Made by a program: the position numbers and the translations under genes. From NCBI GenBank assembly GCA_040830765.1, contig JBFOMH010000015.1, positions 16,424 to 80,423 on the forward strand: DNA of 64,000 bases. Direction: 5' to 3'. How positions within the stretch are numbered: position 1 is the first letter of the stretch; each line of letters begins with the position of its first letter. Origin of the DNA: Puniceicoccaceae bacterium (GTDB taxonomy: Bacteria > Verrucomicrobiota > Verrucomicrobiia > Opitutales > Oceanipulchritudinaceae). Below the pieces are notes generated by a model. It saw only the letters and a program-made list of their open reading frames with translations. It searched no databases and was not told where the DNA came from. Below, in pieces: positions 38,435-48,415 of the stretch.

Positions 38435-39121
38435 TCAAGCAGCGAACAGGATCAGCGCTCCAATGACAAAAATGCACACATCGACGATCGCATGGCTGAG
38501 GTAAGCCGGCCAGATGGACTCAAAGCGGGCATAAATCCAGGACCATACCAGCCCTCCCACGAAGACGCCGGTTGAACACAGGAGGACGGGCAGCAAGTCC
38601 ATGTAGACTGCCAGGGCGAAAACGTGATGCAGGGTAAAACAGAGGGCTGAAGCGATAATGCCGAGACCCCGGCCAAGGCAATCCACGCTTTTGCTGACGA
38701 CAAACCAGCGCCAGACATACTCCTCCAGAACGGAATTAATGAGCACCCAATAGAGGGCCCCGGCAATGTAGCGGGAAGGCACATTGAGGCCTATGGCATC
38801 CAGCTGCGTGCGCATCGCCGGCAGATCGAGAATGGCCGGTGCGATGAAAATCCAGGCCAGGAAGATAATAGCACTGATCGCCAAGCCAGAGGAAAGACCC
38901 CAGCCAAAGCCGCCTTTGCGCGGAGGCGACCAACTGAGCTTCTCCCGGTCTACGAGCAGGTGCCAACCAAGGGGGAGCGCAAGGATCCAGACCTTGCTGA
39001 AAGCGAAAACGGCTGCCCCGAGGGCCGAATCCGGCCACCAGACCATGGCGCAAAGAACACCAATGCTGGGAGCGGGAACGAGGAGCAAGAGGGCCAGAAG
39101 GGAACGGGATCGGGGTGACAT
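38435..39121 (-). CDS. CPBP/CAAX (Abi) intramembrane metalloprotease family
   Basis: LEEYVWRW, FTLHH and YLSHAIVD motifs; multiple TM helices. Confidence 0.88.
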   Translation of the reverse strand: MSPRSRSLLALLLLVPAPSIGVLCAMVWWPDSALGAAVFAFSKVWILALPLGWHLLVDREKLSWSPPRKGGFGWGLSSGLAISAIIFLAWIFIAPAILDLPAMRTQLDAIGLNVPSRYIAGALYWVLINSVLEEYVWRWFVVSKSVDCLGRGLGIIASALCFTLHHVFALAVYMDLLPVLLCSTGVFVGGLVWSWIYARFESIWPAYLSHAIVDVCIFVIGALILFAA

Positions 39122-39245
39122 GTCCCTATGGTCATGCAGCATTGGCCAGTCATGGCAAGCTCCCCGCATAGCCGTGCTAAACGAATACCCTCATGTATGG
39201 TTCTCGGCAGTTGCCATTTGCCCATGCCGTGCTACTGATGTTGCC

Positions 39246-40619
39246 ATGTTTGATCCTGTTGAAGTCATCAAGGAGCTGGTGCGCCAGCCCAGTGTTTCCT
39301 CCGACCCGTCATTCGCCGAAGGCATGGAGGGTACCCGCGACGTTTTGGTGAAGCTATTCACCGGAATGGGCCTCGAGGTGGAGATTGTGAAAACTTCCCT
39401 CCATCCGGTCATTCTGGCTCGCCGAACTGGCCCAGCGGAGTGGCCGCATGTCATTATTTATGGCCATTATGATGTCCAGCCACCGGACCCGCTCGACCTC
39501 TGGGACTCGCCGGCCTTTGAGCCAACGATGAAGGGTACCCGGCTCTACGGGCGCGGGGTTGCCGATAACAAGGGACCGATGATGGTCCATGTCACCGCGG
39601 CCGCCCGCCTCCTTGAGGAAAATCCGGACCTGCCACTGCGCATCACCTTCCTTATTGAGGGAGAGGAAGAAATGGGCAGTCCCAGCCTGCCGGAAGTCAT
39701 GGCCAGTCATAAAGACCAGCTCAAAGGGGACTTCATCCTGCTCTCGGATACCCTCAATCCGTCCAACGAACAGGTCGCCATCCAGACCGGTATCCGCGGC
39801 ATCATTTCCTTCGAGGTGGAAGTCACCGGACCCCGGCGTGATCTCCACTCGGGCGGCTTTGGCGGAGCCATCTACAATCCCGTCCAAGCGCTGACGGAAA
39901 TATGCGCCAGCCTGCACCATCCAGATGGGCGGATCAATGTCCCGGGCTTCTATGATGACGTCATCACTCCCGAGGACTGGGAGAAGGACGAGATCGCCCG
40001 CCAGCCGGTGACCAACGAGGACATCGTCAAGGAGACCGGCATCAAGGAAGTCTTTACGGCCAACAACCGGACCGGACCGGAGGCCATCAGTTGCGAACCA
40101 ACTTTGGAAATTAATGGCATCGGCGGCGGCTACCAGGGGCCGGGGGACAAGACCATTATCCCATCAAAGGCCTTCGCTAAGATCACCTGCCGCTTGGTTG
40201 CCAACCAGGACCCGAAGGATATCAAGGCCAAGGTCTTCGCAGCCATAAAGGAGCGCTGTCCGGAACAGGTCGGGCTGACGATCAAGGAATACCATGACGG
40301 CCTTCCCTACTCCGTGGTTCCCCCGGGCAAGCCCAACACGCCAGCAGACCAGAATCCGCACCTGGCCAAGGCCTTTGCCGCCTGCGACAAGGCGGTCACC
40401 GAGACCTTCGGCAAACCACCACTTTACCTGCGTGGGGGCGGTTCCATTCCCATCATCGGGGAGCTCAACCGGGTCCTTGGCATGGATTGCCTGATGCTCG
40501 GATTCGGGACGGAAGACAACAACCTCCACGCGCCCAACGAGTCCCTCGACCTGGCCTGGTTTGAAAAGACCTCCAGCGTCTCCCGGGCCATCCTGCTCAA
40601 GGTGGCGGGCCTCGCCTGA
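39246..40619 (+). CDS. M20 family dipeptidase
   Basis: YGHYDVQP, GRGVADNKG, EGEEE, DLHSG, GGSIP, HAPNE; ATG 39246. Confidence 0.92.
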   Translation: MFDPVEVIKELVRQPSVSSDPSFAEGMEGTRDVLVKLFTGMGLEVEIVKTSLHPVILARRTGPAEWPHVIIYGHYDVQPPDPLDLWDSPAFEPTMKGTRLYGRGVADNKGPMMVHVTAAARLLEENPDLPLRITFLIEGEEEMGSPSLPEVMASHKDQLKGDFILLSDTLNPSNEQVAIQTGIRGIISFEVEVTGPRRDLHSGGFGGAIYNPVQALTEICASLHHPDGRINVPGFYDDVITPEDWEKDEIARQPVTNEDIVKETGIKEVFTANNRTGPEAISCEPTLEINGIGGGYQGPGDKTIIPSKAFAKITCRLVANQDPKDIKAKVFAAIKERCPEQVGLTIKEYHDGLPYSVVPPGKPNTPADQNPHLAKAFAACDKAVTETFGKPPLYLRGGGSIPIIGELNRVLGMDCLMLGFGTEDNNLHAPNESLDLAWFEKTSSVSRAILLKVAGLA

Positions 40620-40625
40620 CGCGGA

Positions 40626-41453
40626 TCAAATTTCCACGGAACCCATTTCCAGTCGCCGCTTGAGGACGGCGATAATTCCCGGATGTTCGCCGACCAGTCC
40701 GGTCATGCTGGTGCGCAGTCCCGGGTTTTTTTCCCTCGCCTCACGACAAATGGTTGCGATGTCGCCGCCTGGCCCGGCATGTCGTCCGGGGGAAAGGAAG
40801 AGCATCGAGACCACGACCGGTCCGTCGTTCCATGGCGGCTGCCGGAGGATGTTTTCAAGCAATGGTTCGTTAAAGGCATAGGCCTCCCCTTCCCTGCGCT
40901 CCATCGAGGCCGGGGCAACACCTGCTACCGCACCCCCAAGCATTGACTCCAATTCGACAGCCAGTGCATTTCGTGCATCCGTGACTGCCGGCAACGGCGA
41001 TCCATGGTCGACTAGGATCACCCGCGGCTGTTTCCAACCGTTGTAGCTCATGACCTGCCCCACATTATCGGCCAATATCTGGACCAGGTCGCTGTTGTCC
41101 TGATCATCGCCTAAAAAGAGGAACGGGGCTAATCTCACGTTGAAGTCGCCATGTTTTTCCCGCCGATAGGCCAGCCTTTGTGGTAAGTACTCGGTAATGG
41201 CTCCCGTGGGACCAAAGAAGAACGGCAGGATGGTGAAATTCCGTTCGCCCGCCTCCAGAAAAAGCCGCAACCGCCGTTCCAGATTGACCGCCGGCTCTCC
41301 CTCAAGCTGGTCCACGGGCACCTTGCTGGAATGCAGCAGCGAGGAGGGCAAGATTTCGAGTCCTGTTTCCCGGCTCAGTTCCGCCGCAATCGACCTCAGG
41401 TTGAGGACACTCTGGGGACGCAAACTGCCATTATCGACCAGCAAATACCGCAT
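40626..41453 (-). CDS. CbiX/SirB-like class II chelatase family protein (two domains)
   Basis: LVDNGS...PFFFGP in domain 1; LVDHGS...FLSPGRHAG in domain 2. Confidence 0.75.
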   Translation of the reverse strand: MRYLLVDNGSLRPQSVLNLRSIAAELSRETGLEILPSSLLHSSKVPVDQLEGEPAVNLERRLRLFLEAGERNFTILPFFFGPTGAITEYLPQRLAYRREKHGDFNVRLAPFLFLGDDQDNSDLVQILADNVGQVMSYNGWKQPRVILVDHGSPLPAVTDARNALAVELESMLGGAVAGVAPASMERREGEAYAFNEPLLENILRQPPWNDGPVVVSMLFLSPGRHAGPGGDIATICREAREKNPGLRTSMTGLVGEHPGIIAVLKRRLEMGSVEI

Positions 41454-41553
41454 ACCAGTTTCCTAGTGAGGACAAAGCAGCCCAAAGAGCAACCCGCTTC
41501 ATCGAACAAAGATTGGTATTGAAGGGATCGCCATCTGCGTAAACCTTTGGCTC

Positions 41554-42117
41554 ATGCAATCTGAAGTCCTCGACATCTTCAAGAAGACCGGCGCCCTGCT
41601 TGAGGGTCACTTCATCCTTCGTTCCGGGCTGCGCTCGGGTCACTTCTTCCAGTGTGCCCGGGTCTGCGAGCACCTCGATGAGGTCACCCGGCTGGCTGAG
41701 TTGCTGATCAAGAAGCTGCCGGACATGTCGGAGGTTGAGACCGTGGTCTCGCCGGCCATGGGCGGTCTGGTCATTGGACAAGAGGTCGCCCGGCAGTTGG
41801 GGAAACGCTTCATCTTTGCGGAGAAGGTGGATGACCTGCTGGCCTTGCGGCGCAACTTCATCATCAAGCCGGGCGAGCGGGTGCTCATTGTCGAGGATGT
41901 CATCACCCGGGGCGGCCGGGTCCAGGAGACGCTCGACCTGATTGATTCCCGCGGTGGCGTCACCGAGGCCATTGCCGTCCTGGTGGACCGGTCGGCAGGC
42001 AATGCCTCCTTCTCCTCCCCCCTCATTGCCCTCCTGGAGATGAATTTCCCGACCTATGAGGCGGATCAGGTCCCACCGGAATTGCGCAACATCCCGGCTG
42101 TCAAACCGGGTTCCTGA
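41554..42117 (+). CDS. pyrE: Orotate phosphoribosyltransferase
   Basis: GHFILRSG, PAMGG, PRPP motif VEDVITRGG. Confidence 0.93.
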   Translation: MQSEVLDIFKKTGALLEGHFILRSGLRSGHFFQCARVCEHLDEVTRLAELLIKKLPDMSEVETVVSPAMGGLVIGQEVARQLGKRFIFAEKVDDLLALRRNFIIKPGERVLIVEDVITRGGRVQETLDLIDSRGGVTEAIAVLVDRSAGNASFSSPLIALLEMNFPTYEADQVPPELRNIPAVKPGS

Positions 42118-42230
42118 CACCGGGAATCGGTACCAGCTGGTTGATTTTACCAGCAAGTCGCGTTTCTTGAACGTATAACAGCCTTTGCATAACTAAAAGA
42201 AGACCACCTTAATTTAATTCGAAATTCACC

Positions 42231-42905
42231 ATGACCAGCATGCAATTATTCCTCTTTCTGATCATTCCCACCGTCATCTTGGGTATCTACGCCCAGTCCA
42301 AGGTCCAGGGTGCCTACAGCAAATGGTCCCGGGTCGGTTCACGTAGCCGCATCACCGGACGCGAGGCTGCCCAGTACGTCCTTCAAAAGGCGGGCATCAC
42401 GGATGTCGAAATAACCTCCACCCGCGGTCACCTGACTGACCATTACGATCCCACCCACAAGCGGCTCGTCCTCAGCCAGGAAAACTATGATGGCTACAGC
42501 CTGGCCGCCCTTGGGGTTGCCGCCCACGAAGCGGGGCATGCCGTGCAGCATGCAACCGGCTACTCCATGCTCAAGCTGCGCATGAGCCTGGTGCCGATCA
42601 CTATGTTCGCCTCCCAGTTGCTCCCCTTCGTCATCATTGGTGGCTTCTTTTTCGGCATGCTGGGCCTGATCAAACTGGGTGTCCTGGTCTATCTTGTCCT
42701 GACCATTTTCCAGTTGGTTACGCTGCCGGTCGAATTTGATGCCTCCCGCCGGGCCAAGGCGGAACTTGTTTCAACAGGGATTCTCCAGGCCGACGAGATG
42801 GTGGGGGTCAACAAGACGCTCGACGCAGCCGCCCTCACCTACGTGGCGGCCTTTGTCAGCTCATTGGCCAATCTGCTTTACCTGCTGGCGCTGTCGCGCC
42901 GCTAG
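42231..42905 (+). CDS. Putative neutral zinc metallopeptidase (YugP family)
   Basis: LTDHYDP, AAHEAGHA, TLPVEFDASRRA, AALTYVAA. Confidence 0.92.
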   Translation: MTSMQLFLFLIIPTVILGIYAQSKVQGAYSKWSRVGSRSRITGREAAQYVLQKAGITDVEITSTRGHLTDHYDPTHKRLVLSQENYDGYSLAALGVAAHEAGHAVQHATGYSMLKLRMSLVPITMFASQLLPFVIIGGFFFGMLGLIKLGVLVYLVLTIFQLVTLPVEFDASRRAKAELVSTGILQADEMVGVNKTLDAAALTYVAAFVSSLANLLYLLALSRR

Positions 42906-42908
42906 TAA

Positions 42909-43700
42909 TCAGACGGTCTCTTCCGGCGCAGATTCAACAGCTTCCTCAACCGCTTCTTCCTCTGCTGGAACCGGTTCCTCGACCGCAGGCGGTGCCGGTG
43001 GTGCCCATTCGCCCGTCACCGGACCGTGGATGGCTTCCAGTTCCGCCTGTGACCATGGATCCGTCCGCGCTCCGTATTCCTCCCGCACCTGTGCGACGAG
43101 TTCCTCGGAAACTTCGTAGGAAGCATTCTGGTAGAGAGGATCAGTCCGGATGTAGGTCAGGACTGCAGCGATGTGCTGGTCCTTGAGCCGGTCGAAGGGG
43201 GTCATGGCGTTGTTGTAGACCTGGCCATTGACCGTCACCTCACCCGCGAGGCCGGCAAGGATGACCTTGATCAGCCGTTCCGGATTGTCCTTCACCCAGT
43301 CGGAATTGACGAGGGGTGGATAGACCGCCGGCAATCCCAGACCGGAGGCCTGGTGACAGGCGACACAGTTCTGGTTATAGACCCGCTTGCCGAGGGCAAT
43401 CATGTCGACTTCCTTGGGGCCCGTCTCCTCGAAGGAACCGGCACGGACCGATTCATCATAGTGGAACGGCCCGAAATCCCCCGAGTAGTGCACCAGGTAG
43501 ATACCTGCCCAGAAGGCGAGAATCATGAACAGGGCGACAAAGAACAGGGGCATCGGGGAGAAATTCTCCGTTGGCTCCTCCTTTTCACGCATCAACTGCG
43601 TGTGCACCTTTTGCAGGTCCTGGTCATCGAACCGGGTGCCTTCAAAGGTCGGGCGGGATTCCCCCTTGTGAGGATACTTGTCTTTTTGGTCTTCACTCAT
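42909..43700 (-). CDS. Membrane-anchored monoheme cytochrome c (CcoP-like position)
   Basis: One TM helix, single CVACH, YPPL, NNAM axial Met; last gene of the ACIII-oxidase operon. Confidence 0.85.
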   Translation of the reverse strand: MSEDQKDKYPHKGESRPTFEGTRFDDQDLQKVHTQLMREKEEPTENFSPMPLFFVALFMILAFWAGIYLVHYSGDFGPFHYDESVRAGSFEETGPKEVDMIALGKRVYNQNCVACHQASGLGLPAVYPPLVNSDWVKDNPERLIKVILAGLAGEVTVNGQVYNNAMTPFDRLKDQHIAAVLTYIRTDPLYQNASYEVSEELVAQVREEYGARTDPWSQAELEAIHGPVTGEWAPPAPPAVEEPVPAEEEAVEEAVESAPEETV

Positions 43701-43717
43701 GGAAATTCGCCTCCGTC

Positions 43718-44413
43718 CTATTCGGTAAATTTCATTTCCGGCAACTCGTAGTCCTGTTGCAGGTTCATCAGGTAGGCCACGAGATCCTTGGCCCGCTGGG
43801 TGGGAACTAACTCGTAGCCCTCACCGGGGTGATAGGCGTCCGGCAACTCGATGGCGTCCGGGGAGGGACCCCGCATCTCGCTCACCTCGCGGACCTCGAA
43901 GAGAAAGCCATAGGGTGGCATGGTCGAACCCGGGGAAGTGATCTGCGGGTTGTAGAGGTGCTGGTACTGCCACAGTTCGGAATAACGCAAGCCGACATTG
44001 GTCAGGTCGGGGCCCGTCCGCATGGTACCGAGCATGACGCGGTCTTGCTCGATGTAGTCGCGGGCTACCGACTGGCGGTTACCCCAGCCGCGCTCGAAAT
44101 CAGCCCCGAACCCGGCCCGGCGGACCTGCTGGGAATGGCAGTAGAGGCATCCCATTTCCTGGTAAACCAGCTTGCCCCGCTGAGCTTCTCCAACCAGCGG
44201 CAACGGATAAGCGGTCATCCCGTCCGTGTTCTTGACGTTGACCCCGTCGACCATGAACTGCCGGCCGGTGATCGGTTCGTCATCGGCATTGACCAGCTCG
44301 GCCGTGGCCGGAGTCAAGTCACGCATCTGCAAGTGGGAGGTGAGGACAATCCCGGTCCAGGAGAACGCGAGGGTGAAAAAGACACCGAGAAATATGAGTG
44401 GAAGGCTTTTCAT
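43718..44413 (-). CDS. ccoO: cbb3-type oxidase subunit II
   Basis: [26 protein letters not shown]. Confidence 0.9.
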   Translation of the reverse strand: MKSLPLIFLGVFFTLAFSWTGIVLTSHLQMRDLTPATAELVNADDEPITGRQFMVDGVNVKNTDGMTAYPLPLVGEAQRGKLVYQEMGCLYCHSQQVRRAGFGADFERGWGNRQSVARDYIEQDRVMLGTMRTGPDLTNVGLRYSELWQYQHLYNPQITSPGSTMPPYGFLFEVREVSEMRGPSPDAIELPDAYHPGEGYELVPTQRAKDLVAYLMNLQQDYELPEMKFTE

Positions 44414-44416
44414 CGA

Positions 44417-45907
44417 TCAGGCCTGTTCGGTGGTTTCGGTCAAAAGGGTTGGCTGGGTGACCTTGTCCTGCGTCCGCGGACTGAAGATCATCCAGTAGAC
44501 ATTGATGGCGAAGGCAATGTGCCCGATGAGCAGCATCAGCCCGGAAAGCGACCGTGCCCAAAGCCAGGGCTTGGTGTTTTCGACCGTCTGGAGGAAGGTG
44601 TAGACAGGGGTTCCGTCTTCCGTCAGGGCATTCATCTGCAGGCCTTGGAACCAGCCGCCAATCTGCAGGGCAAAGACCATCAGCAGAATCCCGAGGCCGC
44701 ACATCCACCAGTGGACCTTGATCAGGAAGGCGTTCGGCCATTCCCGGAAGAGCAGGCGCGGCATCATGTAGTAGACCGCGCCGAACATGATCATGGTGAA
44801 AAAGGCATACACCCCGTGGTGGGCGTGGCCGACCGTGAAGTGCGTGAAGTGCGTCACTTCGTTGACGTGGCGCAGCGCCATGGTGCTGCCAATCAGGCTG
44901 ACCACGGTGTAGTTGATGGCCCCGAAGACGACAAAGCGGATAGTCGGGCTGGCCCAGCCTTCCTTGTGCAGGCCAACAACCGTCAGGTGGTGATTAATCC
45001 CGGTCACGATGACGGGAATGACCATCATCACACTGGCCACCGTTCCGGCGGAAATGACCCATGCCGGAACCGGTCCGCCGATCAGGTGGTGGACACCGGC
45101 CCAGTTGTAGAAAAGGGCCAGGGCCCAGAAGCCGACAACGGAAAGGTAATAACTGTGAATCGGCCGGCCAAGCACCTTCGGAATCAGGTAGTAGGCCACC
45201 GCAAGGGCAATCGGGGTCAGCCAAAGGCCAAGGACGTTATGGGCGAACCACCAGTTGGTCAGTGACTGCACCACCCCGTTGGCCGGTTCAAAAATAAGCA
45301 TCACCTGGGCCACCGTGTAGAGCCAGGGGAGCCAGAAGAATGCCGCCAGCAGGTACCACTGGGAAACATAGACGTGGTCACTCTGGCGCCAGCGGAAGGC
45401 AATGATGACCCAGACGCCGACAAGGGCATAGGTAAGGACAACCAGTGGCGTGACGTAAGCCGGCATTTCCAGCCACTCCACCCCGATCATGTCACCCTTG
45501 AGGATGCCGATGATGCCAATCGTGACAGCAATATTCCAAAATACACCCGCCGCCAGCAGGATATTAGTATGGCGGATACGGGCGCGGCAGAGGCGGCCCA
45601 TGATCCATGGGGCAACGGCGAAAATCACGTTGTTGCCCCAGCCGAAAATCATCGCGTTGAGGTGCGCCGTCCGCACACGGCCAAAGGTCAGCCACTCCGT
45701 GGCACCGAGAAAGTCCGGATTGGTCGCCTTGATGGCAGCAATCATGGCGAAAGCAGTACCAGCCAGGAGCCACATCACGGCGGAAACCAAGAAGAGCATC
45801 GCCGGGACGCGCATGGATGCATCGACTTCCCCAAGTCGCACCCGCAGATCCACATCGGGATCACCGGTAGGCTTGAGGGAATCAATAAACGAGGGGTTAG
45901 AACTCAT
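44417..45907 (-). CDS. ccoN: cbb3-family (C-type) heme-copper oxidase subunit I
   Basis: FGRVRTAH, WWFAHN, FYNWAGVHH, VGHAH: six His ligands plus helix VII Tyr; AGGAGG RBS before ATG 45907. Confidence 0.9.
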   Translation of the reverse strand: MSSNPSFIDSLKPTGDPDVDLRVRLGEVDASMRVPAMLFLVSAVMWLLAGTAFAMIAAIKATNPDFLGATEWLTFGRVRTAHLNAMIFGWGNNVIFAVAPWIMGRLCRARIRHTNILLAAGVFWNIAVTIGIIGILKGDMIGVEWLEMPAYVTPLVVLTYALVGVWVIIAFRWRQSDHVYVSQWYLLAAFFWLPWLYTVAQVMLIFEPANGVVQSLTNWWFAHNVLGLWLTPIALAVAYYLIPKVLGRPIHSYYLSVVGFWALALFYNWAGVHHLIGGPVPAWVISAGTVASVMMVIPVIVTGINHHLTVVGLHKEGWASPTIRFVVFGAINYTVVSLIGSTMALRHVNEVTHFTHFTVGHAHHGVYAFFTMIMFGAVYYMMPRLLFREWPNAFLIKVHWWMCGLGILLMVFALQIGGWFQGLQMNALTEDGTPVYTFLQTVENTKPWLWARSLSGLMLLIGHIAFAINVYWMIFSPRTQDKVTQPTLLTETTEQA

Positions 45908-45927
45908 GGGCTGTTTTTCCTCCTGTC

Positions 45928-46143
45928 TCAATTGTCCCTGGGTGCGCGCTTCTTTCGCTTTTTCGGGAACTGGTCCGATACTTCACCCATGGGTTCATCG
46001 TCGTCAAAAATCGTCTGGGCACCCCGTTCCAGGTTGCTGAGTTGCCCGTTTTTATGCGCCCAGTGCAGGGCCATCGCTGCCGCGACAAAGAAGATGCTGG
46101 CAAATATGAAGCCGATAAGAATGTATTGGCTCCAATCCATCAC
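45928..46143 (-). CDS. ccoS: cbb3 oxidase maturation protein CcoS-like
   Basis: TM helix then WAHKNGQLSNLERGAQTIFDDDEP. Confidence 0.75.
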   Translation of the reverse strand: MMDWSQYILIGFIFASIFFVAAAMALHWAHKNGQLSNLERGAQTIFDDDEPMGEVSDQFPKKRKKRAPRDN

Positions 46144-46463
46144 AGGGGCATTTCCAGGCTCTGCTGCTCCTTGCGCAACTCCTCGACCGTCAACTCAACC
46201 GCCCGCTCAACCGGGATACGGACAACGCCCTCGGCCTGGTTGACCCATTCGTAGGAATTGACCAGGCGGATTTGTTCGGCCCGGACCTCATTGCGGATCT
46301 GGTAGCGGATGGCAGCGTCCTTCTCCTCCTGCGGAACCGCCCGGTTGGGCAAGTAGGCGACGGCAACAATCAGCAGGAAGACCAGGCAGACCCCGATCCA
46401 GCCAAGGGCGGAAATCAGGACCGTGCTGTCGGAAGGCTCTTTTTCAAATGGCGCGTTACTCAT
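46140..46463 (-). CDS. ACIII-associated small membrane protein (ActG-like)
   Basis: One TM helix and the SYEWVNQAEGVVRIPVERAVEL motif seen in small proteins following actF; overlaps both neighbours. Confidence 0.6.
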   Translation of the reverse strand: MSNAPFEKEPSDSTVLISALGWIGVCLVFLLIVAVAYLPNRAVPQEEKDAAIRYQIRNEVRAEQIRLVNSYEWVNQAEGVVRIPVERAVELTVEELRKEQQSLEMPL

Positions 46464-47757
46464 GGCAATTGATGGATTCTTCAATCCGGGGATCCCGGAT
46501 GGGGATAGGCCGCTCCTTGGCGGCGGATTTCAGGAAAGCCCAGATGACCACGGCGCCAACGCCGATGAACATCGTCAGGTCCGTCCAGCTGAAACCGAAC
46601 TGCCGCACGGTGTAGCCGCCATGGGAATCGGTGGCCAGCTTCTGCGGGACGATGTTCCAGTAGAGGTCGAGCAGGTGGAAAACGAGTATCCAGATGGCGA
46701 TGAAGCGCAACCGGATGGAAAACTTGTTCTTGTACCAGAGAAGGTAGAGGAACGGGAAAAAGAAGTGCATGAAGATGAGGCCCATGCTGACCCACCACCA
46801 GCTGTTCTTGGTCCCGTCCGCATTCATCTCACGCATGTTGTACCAGAAGGTTTCTTCCGGGATGTTGGCGTTGTAGATGAGGAAGTACTGGGAGAAGCTG
46901 ATGTAGGCCCAGAAGACCGTGAAGGCCAGCATGATGCAGCCGATGAGGTAGAAGTGCACCGGCTTGATGATGCCCTTCAGCCCATCCTCCCGGGTGGCCA
47001 TGTAGAAGAGGGCCAGCACCGTGGCGGACAAGGCGGCCCGCATGCTGGCGGCAAAAAACCACACCCCGTACATGGTCGAGAACCAGTGGTAGTTGAGGGA
47101 CTTGAACCAGTCGATGGCGGCAAAAGTGGTGGCGAAGGCACAGAGGAAGAGGCCAACCGCGGCCAGCTTGCGCGAGCGGTGCACGTTGGCATGGTCGCCC
47201 GTGCGGTCCATGTCGAAGGACCATTTGCGGAAGAGCAGGGCCAGACCGGTCCAGACGGCAAAGTAGATCACGTAGCGGACCACGAAGAATCCCTGGCCGA
47301 GGAATCCGGACTTGCTGACATAGAGAACGTCCTCAGAAACGGTTCCATGCCCGGCGGGAACAAGCGCATCGCCCTGCATCCAGATCCAGGGAACCCCGTC
47401 ACCAGCAGTGAACAGGCTCATCAGGACCAGGGGCAGGAAAATCAGTCCCAGATAGGGAAAAGCACTAACAGCATGTTCCAGCTGACGGCGGACAATGACC
47501 GCCCATCCGGCATCAAACATCCACCAGATCATCAACAGGAAGAGCATCCCGATGAGGATGGAAAGCCAGAAGGAAATCCCGATCAGCCATCCGATGAAAG
47601 GCCGGGTCGGGTCGTCGGCCGAGCCCAGCAGGAGCAGTCCTGCGGAGATCGCGATAAAGATCAGGCCGGCGTAGAGGAACCGGTTCCGGTTGTCTCCCAG
47701 TTTGCCGATCCCGCTGGCTGCAGTGGTATTAGGAATAACGTCGCTGCTGGTGCTCAT
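46456..47757 (-). CDS. actF: Alternative complex III subunit ActF
   Basis: About 10 TM helices; AGWAVIVRR, DWFKSL.YHWFSTMYG, FWAYISFSQYFLIY.ANIPEETFWY. Confidence 0.9.
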   Translation of the reverse strand: MSTSSDVIPNTTAASGIGKLGDNRNRFLYAGLIFIAISAGLLLLGSADDPTRPFIGWLIGISFWLSILIGMLFLLMIWWMFDAGWAVIVRRQLEHAVSAFPYLGLIFLPLVLMSLFTAGDGVPWIWMQGDALVPAGHGTVSEDVLYVSKSGFLGQGFFVVRYVIYFAVWTGLALLFRKWSFDMDRTGDHANVHRSRKLAAVGLFLCAFATTFAAIDWFKSLNYHWFSTMYGVWFFAASMRAALSATVLALFYMATREDGLKGIIKPVHFYLIGCIMLAFTVFWAYISFSQYFLIYNANIPEETFWYNMREMNADGTKNSWWWVSMGLIFMHFFFPFLYLLWYKNKFSIRLRFIAIWILVFHLLDLYWNIVPQKLATDSHGGYTVRQFGFSWTDLTMFIGVGAVVIWAFLKSAAKERPIPIRDPRIEESINCHE

Positions 47758-48413
47758 AATCCAAGCTCTCCTCTGTTTTCAGCCGGTACATCGTCGATAG
47801 TGGCTGAAGCGGCCCGCTGCAGGGCCCGCACGTACATGACCACCTTCCAGCGGTCCTCGACCCGGATCTTGGAACCGTAGGGTCCCATGGTGTTCTTGCC
47901 GTGCGTGATGGTGTTGTAAATATCGCCGTCCGGCAGTTCGATAAGGCGGGTCTGCAGGAGGCTGGCAATGGTCGGGTAACCATAGCGCTCCGAGGCCACG
48001 ACACCCTTGCCGTTGCCGGATTCACCATGACAGATGGTGCAATAGATGGCGTACAGTTCCTCGCCTGTTTCCATCGCCTCGAGGCTGACTTCCACCGGGA
48101 TTCCATCACCGAAGGTTTCGGCGTCGATCTTGCCCGTAGCCAGGTAGTCGTTTTCACGGAAGCGGTTGTCCGGGCTCAGGTGCGGGAAAGCTTCGTGCTC
48201 TTCCGTCACGAAAGGCACCGTGCCGGCCACTGGCTGGCGGTCCATTCGCTTGTCGCCAAAGAACTCGGTCTTGCCCTGTTCATGGAAGCGCATCTGCCGG
48301 TCCATGTCGGGGAATATCTCCAGCGGCGGCTTGGTCGACTTGCAGCCGCGGAAGCCCATGACCGTCAGGACAAGGGCCGCGAGAAAGAAATAGATGATGA
48401 AGAACTGGCGCAT
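47754..48413 (-). CDS. actE: Alternative complex III monoheme cytochrome c ActE
   Basis: FRGC possible lipobox, PDMDRQ, CTICHG, MGPYG, DRWKVVMYVRALQ. Confidence 0.9.
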   Translation of the reverse strand: MRQFFIIYFFLAALVLTVMGFRGCKSTKPPLEIFPDMDRQMRFHEQGKTEFFGDKRMDRQPVAGTVPFVTEEHEAFPHLSPDNRFRENDYLATGKIDAETFGDGIPVEVSLEAMETGEELYAIYCTICHGESGNGKGVVASERYGYPTIASLLQTRLIELPDGDIYNTITHGKNTMGPYGSKIRVEDRWKVVMYVRALQRAASATIDDVPAENRGELGL

Positions 48414-48415
48414 GG

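Noticed and set aside
38435..39121. Abi-named protein as a phage defence system
   Set aside because: CPBP protease motifs only; no defence-island context
39153..39168. GG-N10-GC sigma54-like element before the M20 peptidase
   Set aside because: Weak match (TGGCAA...CCGCA) that can easily arise by chance in GC-rich DNA
38784..39245. N-terminal extension of the 611-aa M20 ORF, suggesting a fusion
   Set aside because: Antisense to the CPBP gene; the peptidase begins at ATG 39246
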